Shown in pieces: positions 36,369 to 44,577 of a stretch of DNA of 64,000 nt. Below the pieces are notes generated by a model. That model had not been told where the DNA came from. It saw nothing but the letters and a program-made list of their open reading frames with translations, and ran no database searches. This DNA comes from Acholeplasmataceae bacterium (GTDB lineage Bacteria; Bacillota_I; Bacilli_A; Acholeplasmatales; Acholeplasmataceae): NCBI GenBank assembly GCA_963675245.1, contig OY775910.1, forward strand, positions 1,056,001-1,120,000, given 5' to 3'. The position numbers and the translations under genes were made by a program. The stretch's first letter is position 1. Each line of letters opens with the position of its first letter.

Positions 36369-37247
36369 ATGAAAATGAAATTCGAAAAAAATCTAGAGTT
36401 ATTAAGAAAAAGAAAAGGATTATCTCAAGAAGATCTAGCTTTAACTATTGGTGTTTCTAGGCAAACTATTTATACATGGGAAGGCGGATTAAACTATCCC
36501 AATATTCTTATGTTAAAAAAAATTGCGAATGTACTAGATGTATCAACAGATGACTTGCTTAATGGGTATGATGTTAGTAAACTACCAAAAAGATTTAAAT
36601 CTGTTGAGCTAAACTACATATCGAAACGACAAGGTGCGATTAAGTATAAAGAAGTTCCAAATTGGTTTATACCATTAAAAGAGGAAGAAGAAGTATGTAC
36701 TGCGTTATACGATGATGGTATAAAAAGTTATTCATATCACTTAACCGTTTTGAATAAGATTCTTTTACATGATAATGAGGGATATGAAGTAATGGTAGAA
36801 GAATATGACCCCCAGTTAAACAAGACAAAAACCTATTCATTAATTATTAATGAAGTTAATGATGAACTATTCTTTTTGGGGAGAATTCACTTCGAAGATG
36901 GTATTAAATGCATTGAAACATTTAAAGATAAAAAGTTTTTGAATCACTGGGGAATTGGGAAACAGTTTTTAGGACAATCAATGATTTATGATAATGCAGA
37001 AAACTATGAACTAACCATTGATGGTAAAAAGCAAAAAGCTATTAAAATTAGCTATTTCGATCCGGATGGTACAGATGATCCAAAAAATTCATATTTTGAA
37101 GTATTTTTAAATCAAGAACTACAGTCTATATTCTGGCAAAGATATACCACAGGGGTGAAATCGAAGATTCAAATCAATATTGATGGAAAGCAATATGGTT
37201 TAGGTTACCAATCATTAACAGATAGAATAAATTTGCATGAGAATTGA
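36369..37247 (+). CDS. XRE-family HTH protein with large C-terminal domain
   Basis: LRKRKGLSQEDLALTIGVSRQTIYTWEGG; RBS GAGGAGG. Confidence 0.85.
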   Translation: MKMKFEKNLELLRKRKGLSQEDLALTIGVSRQTIYTWEGGLNYPNILMLKKIANVLDVSTDDLLNGYDVSKLPKRFKSVELNYISKRQGAIKYKEVPNWFIPLKEEEEVCTALYDDGIKSYSYHLTVLNKILLHDNEGYEVMVEEYDPQLNKTKTYSLIINEVNDELFFLGRIHFEDGIKCIETFKDKKFLNHWGIGKQFLGQSMIYDNAENYELTIDGKKQKAIKISYFDPDGTDDPKNSYFEVFLNQELQSIFWQRYTTGVKSKIQINIDGKQYGLGYQSLTDRINLHEN

Positions 37248-37264
37248 TTTCTGGATAAATAGAA

Positions 37265-37476
37265 GGGTTGGATACCCTACAATAAGTTGATTAGTTGAAT
37301 AACCTATTTTGACACAAGAGAATGACTACTAAAAAAATTGAAAAACAAAACCTCTAAACTAAGCCATAATTTAGGGGTGTAATTTTTTAGGATGGGGGTG
37401 TAAAATTGTAGCAAAATAGGTCACACAACCCATATTGAAAGCATTAGTCAGATACGATTAAGTATCAGACCTTTTT
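37265..37476. repeat. Right-end module 2 + junction J3
   Basis: GGGTTGGATACCC; inverted 24-mers at 37294-37317 and 37406-37429; 2 x GGGGTGTAA; CCA at 37430; GTCAGATAC/GTATCAGAC hairpin. Confidence 0.9.
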
Positions 37477-37508
37477 GGTCTTAATTAAACTATTTCTTGT
37501 TTATAGTG

Positions 37509-37633
37509 TTGTGTTAAAATAGGTAGTTTTACAGGTAGAGAATAATCTATTTTAATACATTCTTAGTAGAAAATTTGAATCTTCAACACGATTACATTTT
37601 AAAATTCATGTTTGAAATCGATTTTACTCGATT
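37509..37633. repeat. 52-bp palindrome copy 2 + degenerate 20-bp-period triplet
   Basis: TTGTGTTAAAATAGGTAG...GAATAATCTATTTTAATACAT; units at 37584, 37604 and 37624; same offset (24 nt from palindrome end to first unit) as copy 1. Confidence 0.75.
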
Positions 37634-37757
37634 AAAGTAAAATAACTCTTTGACTAGTATGACTTGACAAAATAACCTTTAAATCCAACAAAGAAAAAGC
37701 TATAATAGAAATAGTAATAATAAATTTTTAACATAGTATTTATAGGAGGTATTTGTA

Positions 37758-38231
37758 GTGAAATATGTATTTAAAGATTATGATATAAGATATTTTGCAG
37801 GAATTAAATTGCCAAATGGAATTGCAGTTGAAGATACCGATAATGAAGCAGTCCCCACATTATGGAATAGATTAGTTAGTGAAGTTTTACATCATATTCC
37901 GAACATGATCCATCCTAATAAATTCATAGGCTTAGAATGTTTTAGCCCTGACTTTAAGGAGACTAGAAGATTTGATTATTATGCTTTAGTTCAAACGGAA
38001 TCATTTGTAGATAATGAAGAACATTTTGTTGCAAAGAAACTACCAAAAGGGAAATATATTTGTTTCGAAATACTGTTTAATAATTTAGATGAAGAAATAA
38101 GGAAGTGTCATAATTATATACAATCTAATAACATTAAAGTTAATACTGAATTTGACTATACCGAGTATTTAGATGGAGAAGACTATAGTAATGAAAAAGC
38201 TAAAGTACATTTTAGTTTTTTATTGATTTAG
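37758..38231 (+). CDS. GyrI-like/effector-binding domain protein
   Basis: VPTLWNRL, FDYYA, KLPKGKY; GTG start after AGGAGG. Confidence 0.8.
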   Translation: MKYVFKDYDIRYFAGIKLPNGIAVEDTDNEAVPTLWNRLVSEVLHHIPNMIHPNKFIGLECFSPDFKETRRFDYYALVQTESFVDNEEHFVAKKLPKGKYICFEILFNNLDEEIRKCHNYIQSNNIKVNTEFDYTEYLDGEDYSNEKAKVHFSFLLI

Positions 38232-38244
38232 AAGTATATGATTC

Positions 38245-38303
38245 AAACAAGTCATACAACGCATAAGGAAATCATATGACCGATACATTATATCGGTCTT
38301 TTT
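38245..38303 (+). repeat. Degenerate junction J4
   Basis: AAACAAGTCATACAAC-GCATA then GACCGATA/TATCGGTC hairpin + T run. Confidence 0.7.
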
Positions 38304-38750
38304 GATATATTTATAAAGCATGACTTTTTTTATGAAGATTGAAGTAATAAAGTTGTTATTACTAGAGGGTTTATAAAGTTTCTTGATAAATTACGTTATC
38401 TTATACTTTTCTAAAATGAGATTAGATGATAGAATGATTCAAAAGGAAATAGTAATTTTTAAGATAATTAATACAAAAACAAGTGTTACTTATCGGCTAG
38501 AAGAGGTCATGACATAATAAAATACTGAACCTTGGACAAGTGTTGGCTTTTTATTTCACATATAAGATTACTTTTTAGATGTCAATAGATAGAATTTTCA
38601 TATATGTAGGTATGTCATTTGAACATATCATATCTAATCTAAAGAAAATAGAATATCAAGTATTAATGATAATTGAAATAACAAAATGTTATAGAATGGA
38701 TACTAAATTAATTAAAATACAATCAACTATTAAATAGGAGAAAGAAGTTA

Positions 38751-39398
38751 ATGAAAATAGAATGGAGAAAACAGTATAAGAATCTTTATTTACCAAAAAC
38801 GAAACCGGAAATTATTGAAACAGATGAAATGGCTTACATTGTTATTGAAGGTGAAGGTAGTCCAGATAGCTTACAATTTTCACAAGCAGTTGAAGCGTTA
38901 TATGCATTATCATATAGTCTTAAAATGGCTCCAAAAAAAGGGTATAACATCGATGGGTATCAAGCATATACTGTATTCCCTTTAGAAGGTGTCTGGTGTC
39001 TGAATAAAGAAGGGATAAAGATGAATGCTAAAGGTATTTCAGCAAATGATTTAAGAGACTATTATATGTTCAAAATGATGATTAGACAACCAGAATTTAC
39101 GACTAAATCACTATTTGAAGATATCAAAAAAAATGCGTATAAAAAGAAAAAGAATGAAAGCATTCTTAAAGCTGAATATAAACGTATTAAAGAACCCATG
39201 AGTTGTCAAATGATGCATATTGGTCCATATAAGACAGAGCCCAAAACATTTAAAATAATGGAAGATTTTGTCATCAAAGAAGGATATTCTAGAAAAGAGA
39301 AATATCATAAAGAAATCTATATTTCAGATCCTAGAAAAGTTGCTCCTGATAAAATGAAAACAGTACTTAGATTTGAACTTAAAAAAGAGGTTTTATAG
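38751..39398 (+). CDS. GyrI-like small-molecule-binding protein
   Basis: LYLPKTKPEII, VFPLEGVW, QMMHIGPY, HKEIYISDPRK. Confidence 0.85.
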   Translation: MKIEWRKQYKNLYLPKTKPEIIETDEMAYIVIEGEGSPDSLQFSQAVEALYALSYSLKMAPKKGYNIDGYQAYTVFPLEGVWCLNKEGIKMNAKGISANDLRDYYMFKMMIRQPEFTTKSLFEDIKKNAYKKKKNESILKAEYKRIKEPMSCQMMHIGPYKTEPKTFKIMEDFVIKEGYSRKEKYHKEIYISDPRKVAPDKMKTVLRFELKKEVL

Positions 39399-39455
39399 TA
39401 GGGTATTCAACCCTTAATAAAGGCTTTTCTGATGAGGTTTTATCAGACTTCTTTG
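39395..39455 (+). repeat. Degenerate junction J5 (probable distal end of the array)
   Basis: ATAGTAGGGTATTCAAC-CCT-TAA then TCTGAT/ATCAGA hairpin + T-rich tract. Confidence 0.5.
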
Positions 39456-39621
39456 TCACTTTTTTAATCCTTATCTTTTGTGAATAAAACACTTGATTTC
39501 TACGCTAATGAAATGATTAAAATCGACAAATTATTGTTGTAACAATGCATATTTGATAGAGGATGACCGTAGACTGGATTAATTATTGACTTTTTATACA
39601 ATTTATGATAAACTTTTTTAA

Positions 39622-39714
39622 AGATAAAGGCAAAACTAGAGAAATCTAGTGACGCAAAGCTAAAGGGTCTTGAATAAAGATAGCCAGTTACCAACATTTT
39701 TTTGTTGGTTTTTT
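39622..39714 (+). promoter_or_regulatory. c-di-GMP-I (GEMM) riboswitch with overlapping terminator
   Basis: GGCAAAACTAGA-GAAA-TCTAGTGACGCAAAGCTAAAGGGTCT...AGATAGCCAGTTACC; ACCAACA/TGTTGGT + T run. Confidence 0.9.
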
Positions 39715-39727
39715 GTTTGGTGCAGAA

Positions 39728-42700
39728 ATGAAAAGAAAATTGGTTAGTAAAAAATTAATCATAATTACATTATTACTCATCCTAGTGATTAGTAATTTTG
39801 GTCTTTCATTCGCATACTGGTCAGGACATATTGAAAGTAGTGAAGTCAATGCAAACCCTTCAATTCCAATTGGTTCTTGGAATTATGAAGATGTTGCATT
39901 AACTGTCGCAACCTTCCTCAGTGATCATTCAGACGTTTTAGCACTGACAACAGAGACAGTAACCGTGAATGATAAAGCAGCGGTTGAAGCAGCACTTGGC
40001 GCATATGGTTTATTAAGTGAAGAAGCGAAAGCAGCATTAACCAGTGAAGAAGCGTTACTGATTGAGTTATTCAATGAAATCACAGCGTATGAGCATAGTG
40101 TGTTCCTAGACTTTGAAGGATATGCCTATGATTCAGGGCTGACAGGCACCGTCGAAATTGATGGTAGAACATGGTATGGAAATGGTGTCTACATATCTAA
40201 TGATCCAAGTTATGATGTATGGATGGATACGCGTTCCTTAGCATTAAAAACAGGAGCTTATTTCCAATCACAAGACTACTTCATAAATGGTATTGAAAAG
40301 ATTAGCATATACAGTGGCGCATTACACTTTGATAATGGCACAAGTTTCGCCTATAAGATAGAATATGAACTACAGTCAAATCCAGGGGTTTGGCTAACGG
40401 TACAAGAAGGTGGTTCTGATAAGATTATCAGCGTTATTTCAGGCACCCCATTAGCACATGCAGAAGTAAACGTGAATATTACTGAGGCAGTAAATATTAG
40501 ATTCACACCAGTAATTGGAAATACATCTGATTATATTAACTTAGACAATATTCGTATTTATGAACACGTGGTGACAAGCGCACTGGAAGCAGCGACTTTC
40601 AGAACAGTTTATGCAGGACCACTAGCATTGACAACAAGCACCGTACAAATCAGTGATAAAGCAGCAATTGAAGCAGCATTATCAGCCTATGATTTATTGA
40701 GTATCGATGCTCAAACAGCGTTAATAGCTGAAAAAGCATTACTTGATAGTATCATGGCAGCAATTGAAACACAAGAAGCATATGAAAGTGCAACAGAAGC
40801 AGTCGTAATCGCAGAAGGAAGTCTCTTACAAACAGATGTTGATAGCGCACAAACATTAGTTACTAGCTTACCAAATGGTACAGCGAAGACAGCGCTTCAA
40901 GACCGCTTAAATGACGTGCAAGATATCATAAACGACATAGCAACCTTCATCGGTGATCACACCAGTGTATTATCGTTAAGTGTAGGAACTGTCACAACAG
41001 GTGATAAAGCAGCGGTTGAAGCAGCTTTAGCAGACTATGCATTACTGAGTGAAAGTGTAAAGGCAGAACTCACAAATGAGAAAGCCTTACTTGATAGTTT
41101 ATTAGCAGAAATTAATAATCAAATACCGACGGCGACGTTGGTCCAAGCATTCAGAACGACTTACGCAGATACTTTAGCCTTAACCATAGGTACGGTACAA
41201 ATGAGTGATCAAGCAGCGATTGAATTAGCGTTAGAGGCATATGACGTATTAACTGCTGAAGCGAAAGCTGAACTCACAGCTGAAAAAGCATTATTGGATA
41301 GTTTAATCGTAGAAGTGATGATACTCAAAGCAACAGAAGCAGTCGTGATCGCAGAAGGAAGTCTTTTACAAGCAGATGTTGATAGCGCACAAACATTAGT
41401 TATTAGCTTACCAAATGGTACAGCGAAGATAGCGCTTCAAGATCGACTTGATGATGTCCAAAATATGATTGATCATTTAATAACAATTGCTGAAGAGGTC
41501 GCAACCTTCCTCAGTGATCATTCAGACGTTTTAGCACTGACAACAGAGACAGTAACCGTGAATGATAAAGCAGCGGTTGAAGCAGCACTTGGCGCATATG
41601 GTTTATTAAGTGAAGAAGCGAAAGCAGCATTAACCAGTGAAGAAGCGTTACTGATTGAGTTATTCAATGAAATCACAGCGTATGAGCATAGTGTGTTCCT
41701 AGACTTTGAAGGATATGCCTATGATTCAGGGCTGACAGGCACCGTCGAAATTGATGGTAGAACATGGTATGGAAATGGTGTCTACATATCTAATGATCCA
41801 AGTTATGATGTATGGATGGATACGCGTTCCTTAGCATTAAAAACAGGAGCTTATTTCCAATCACAAGACTACTTCATAAATGGTATTGAAAAGATTAGCA
41901 TATACAGTGGCGCATTACACTTTGATAATGGCACAAGTTTCGCCTATAAGATAGAATATGAACTACAGTCAAATCCAGGGGTTTGGCTAACGGTACAAGA
42001 AGGTGGTTCTGATAAGATTATCAGCGTTATTTCAGGCACCCCATTAGCACATGCAGAAGTAAACGTGAATATTACTGAGGCAGTAAATATTAGATTCACA
42101 CCAGTAATTGGAAATACATCTGATTATATTAACTTAGACAATATTCGTATTTATGAACACGTGGTGACAAGCGCACTGGAAGCAGCGACTTTCAGAACAG
42201 TTTATGCAGGACCACTAGCATTGACAACAAGCACCGTACAAATCAGTGATAAAGCAGCAATTGAAGCAGCATTATCAGCCTATGATTTATTGAGTATCGA
42301 TGCTCAAACAGCGTTAATAGCTGAAAAAGCATTACTTGATAGTATCATGGCAGCAATTGAAACACAAGAAGCATATGAAAGTGCAACAGAAGCAGTCGTA
42401 ATCGCAGAAGGAAGTCTCTTACAAACAGATGTTGATAGCGCACAAACATTAGTTACTAGCTTACCAAATGGTACAGCGAAGACAGCGCTTCAAGACCGCT
42501 TAAATGACGTGCAAGATATCATAAACGACATAGCAACCTTCATCGGTGATCACACCAGTGTATTATCGTTAAGTGTAGGAACTGTCACAACAGGTGATAA
42601 AGCAGCGGTTGAAGCAGCTTTAGCAGACTATGCATTACTGAGTGAAAGTGTAAAGGCAGAACTCACAAATGAGAAAGCCTTACTTGATAGTTTATTAGCA

Positions 42701-43654
42701 GAAATTAATAATCAAATACCGACGGCGACGTTGGTCCAAGCATTCAGAACGACTTACGCAGATACTTTAGCCTTAACCATAGGTACGGTACAAATGAGTG
42801 ATCAAGCAGCGATTGAATTAGCGTTAGAGGCATATGACGTATTAACTGCTGAAGCGAAAGCTGAACTCACAGCTGAAAAAGCATTATTGGATAGTTTAAT
42901 CGTAGAAGTGATGATACTCAAAGCAACAGAAGCAGTCGTGATCGCAGAAGGAAGTCTTTTACAAGCAGATGTTGATAGCGCACAAACATTAGTTATTAGC
43001 TTACCAAATGGTACAGCGAAGATAGCGCTTCAAGATCGACTTGATGATGTCCAAAATATGATTAACGTGCTAGCTGCTGCTAATGTTGATGATTTGATCA
43101 CGGCTATACCTAGTGTGGGAGAAATCTCACTTAGCGATGAATCGCAAATTGTCGCAGCAAGAGTTGCATATGATATTTTAACGATAGCACAACAATCATT
43201 AGTCACAAATGAAGCAATATTATCATCAGCAGAAACGCAACTGACCTCATTACAAACTGCTACTGCTGCAGTTGTGAAAGCAGAAGAAAGTCTCTTACAA
43301 GTAGATGTCAATAGCGCACAAACATTAGTTACTAACCTACCAAATGGCACATCAAGAATAGCACTTCAAAATAGGTTAAATGCTGTTCAAGATGTGATTG
43401 ATGTTGAATCGGCAAGAACAATCATCATTAATTATTTTGCTGCAAACTCAGTTGTAGTATCAAGACTCAATAGCAATGCTATAAAAGAAAATGCAGTCTT
43501 GACAAAATCAAATGAAATCGTCAATGGGCTTGGTGTTAACATTACGATCACAAATTCTGTTTATAACAGTCGAACTAGTTCAACTTACACCATACAAGTT
43601 GTGAAGAATGGTGCAAACACATCGTTTGTTGTAGTTGTTACATTTACAAGATAA
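39728..43654 (+). CDS. Large repetitive surface protein with SipW-type signal peptide
   Basis: KRK + hydrophobic + SFAYW...IPIGSW; Ala-rich helical repeats and beta-rich domains; 531-aa-period duplication. Confidence 0.8.
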   Translation: MKRKLVSKKLIIITLLLILVISNFGLSFAYWSGHIESSEVNANPSIPIGSWNYEDVALTVATFLSDHSDVLALTTETVTVNDKAAVEAALGAYGLLSEEAKAALTSEEALLIELFNEITAYEHSVFLDFEGYAYDSGLTGTVEIDGRTWYGNGVYISNDPSYDVWMDTRSLALKTGAYFQSQDYFINGIEKISIYSGALHFDNGTSFAYKIEYELQSNPGVWLTVQEGGSDKIISVISGTPLAHAEVNVNITEAVNIRFTPVIGNTSDYINLDNIRIYEHVVTSALEAATFRTVYAGPLALTTSTVQISDKAAIEAALSAYDLLSIDAQTALIAEKALLDSIMAAIETQEAYESATEAVVIAEGSLLQTDVDSAQTLVTSLPNGTAKTALQDRLNDVQDIINDIATFIGDHTSVLSLSVGTVTTGDKAAVEAALADYALLSESVKAELTNEKALLDSLLAEINNQIPTATLVQAFRTTYADTLALTIGTVQMSDQAAIELALEAYDVLTAEAKAELTAEKALLDSLIVEVMILKATEAVVIAEGSLLQADVDSAQTLVISLPNGTAKIALQDRLDDVQNMIDHLITIAEEVATFLSDHSDVLALTTETVTVNDKAAVEAALGAYGLLSEEAKAALTSEEALLIELFNEITAYEHSVFLDFEGYAYDSGLTGTVEIDGRTWYGNGVYISNDPSYDVWMDTRSLALKTGAYFQSQDYFINGIEKISIYSGALHFDNGTSFAYKIEYELQSNPGVWLTVQEGGSDKIISVISGTPLAHAEVNVNITEAVNIRFTPVIGNTSDYINLDNIRIYEHVVTSALEAATFRTVYAGPLALTTSTVQISDKAAIEAALSAYDLLSIDAQTALIAEKALLDSIMAAIETQEAYESATEAVVIAEGSLLQTDVDSAQTLVTSLPNGTAKTALQDRLNDVQDIINDIATFIGDHTSVLSLSVGTVTTGDKAAVEAALADYALLSESVKAELTNEKALLDSLLAEINNQIPTATLVQAFRTTYADTLALTIGTVQMSDQAAIELALEAYDVLTAEAKAELTAEKALLDSLIVEVMILKATEAVVIAEGSLLQADVDSAQTLVISLPNGTAKIALQDRLDDVQNMINVLAAANVDDLITAIPSVGEISLSDESQIVAARVAYDILTIAQQSLVTNEAILSSAETQLTSLQTATAAVVKAEESLLQVDVNSAQTLVTNLPNGTSRIALQNRLNAVQDVIDVESARTIIINYFAANSVVVSRLNSNAIKENAVLTKSNEIVNGLGVNITITNSVYNSRTSSTYTIQVVKNGANTSFVVVVTFTR
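39905..43063 (+). repeat. Intragenic direct repeat, 2 x 1566 bp (39905-41470 and 41498-43063)
   Basis: Identical translated segments; nucleotide identity at all spots checked; 27-bp unique linker. Confidence 0.92.
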
Positions 43655-43690
43655 TTGTTATTAGCTTTGTTTGTTATTTAATATAACATT

Positions 43691-43726
43691 AAAAAAGTAG
43701 ACATTTATTCGGAGGTCTACTTTTTT
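43691..43726 (+). terminator. Intrinsic terminator
   Basis: AAAAAAGTAGAC...GTCTACTTTTTT. Confidence 0.8.
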
Positions 43727-43822
43727 ATATAAATAATGAAATTTAAAAGTATTTAGACATGTTATACTTATTGTATAAACTATGTGAACATGTAGATATA
43801 GTCATCATTTTTGGAGAAAGAC

Positions 43823-44464
43823 ATGAAAAAATCAAAAACAATAATCAATATATTCGTTTATGCATTAGGTATATTTATGACAGGATTAGCGATAAATTTA
43901 TTAATTCGTAGTTCATTTGGTGCAGGGGCTTGGGATGCGGTTGCTGAAAATTTCAGCCAATTGGTTCATATAGAACTTGCATATGCATCAGCATTTTTTA
44001 GTCTTATCATTTTAACGTTTGTTATCATCTATAATAAGAATATTAAATTCTTAATTACTTTAATCCCCATCGTAGGTATTTTCTTATCGATTTATTTTTG
44101 GGATATTATTGTTTTAAACACTTATTTTCCACCTAACTTTTTACTTAAGTCTTTGTTCTTTGTTGTAGGTTTAGTCAGTTTGACGTTTGGATTAGCTGCC
44201 ATTGTCTCATCTACTTATCCTGCCATGGTGTATGATGAACTCACCATCGCGATGATGAAGATCTTAAAGATTAATAGTTTTTTTAAAACAAGAATTATCA
44301 TCGAAATGACAGCGGTCATCATTGGTACGATCATTGGATTTATTGCGGGTATTGGATTTGGTGTGGTTGGTTTAGGCACATTGTTGATGGCATTTGTCAT
44401 TGGACCGATGATCTCATTCCATATGATGTGGTTATCAAAAGTCCTAAAACAAAAGCGTGTTTAA
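43823..44464 (+). CDS. YczE/YitT-like membrane protein
   Basis: GAGAWD motif, two hydrophobic repeats, GLGTLLMAFVIGP. Confidence 0.75.
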   Translation: MKKSKTIINIFVYALGIFMTGLAINLLIRSSFGAGAWDAVAENFSQLVHIELAYASAFFSLIILTFVIIYNKNIKFLITLIPIVGIFLSIYFWDIIVLNTYFPPNFLLKSLFFVVGLVSLTFGLAAIVSSTYPAMVYDELTIAMMKILKINSFFKTRIIIEMTAVIIGTIIGFIAGIGFGVVGLGTLLMAFVIGPMISFHMMWLSKVLKQKRV

Positions 44465-44577
44465 TCATTTATATAAGGCCGATAAGGTCTTTTTTTATAT
44501 AAAAATGAGAATGATTTATATGTATATAAATGATACAATAGATATATAATTAGCAACAAGTCATAAAGGGGAAATGT

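Larger units (their letters stand above)
33615..39455. mobile_element. Putative tandem cassette array/island at the tRNA-Gly 3' end
   Basis: Repeated junctions at 33615, 35371, 37430, 38261 and 39411 separating low-GC cargo genes. Confidence 0.7.

Noticed and set aside
36212..36460. 82-aa ORF after the toxin
   Set aside because: Overlaps the promoter and start of the XRE gene; no recognisable domain or RBS.
33615..39455. Canonical integron/attC array or Tn7-like insertion
   Set aside because: No RYYYAAC...GTTRRRY attC order, no intI, no TGT...ACA termini with a clear TSD, and no tns genes.
39500..39697. 65-aa minus-strand ORF
   Set aside because: Antisense to the c-di-GMP riboswitch; no coding signal.
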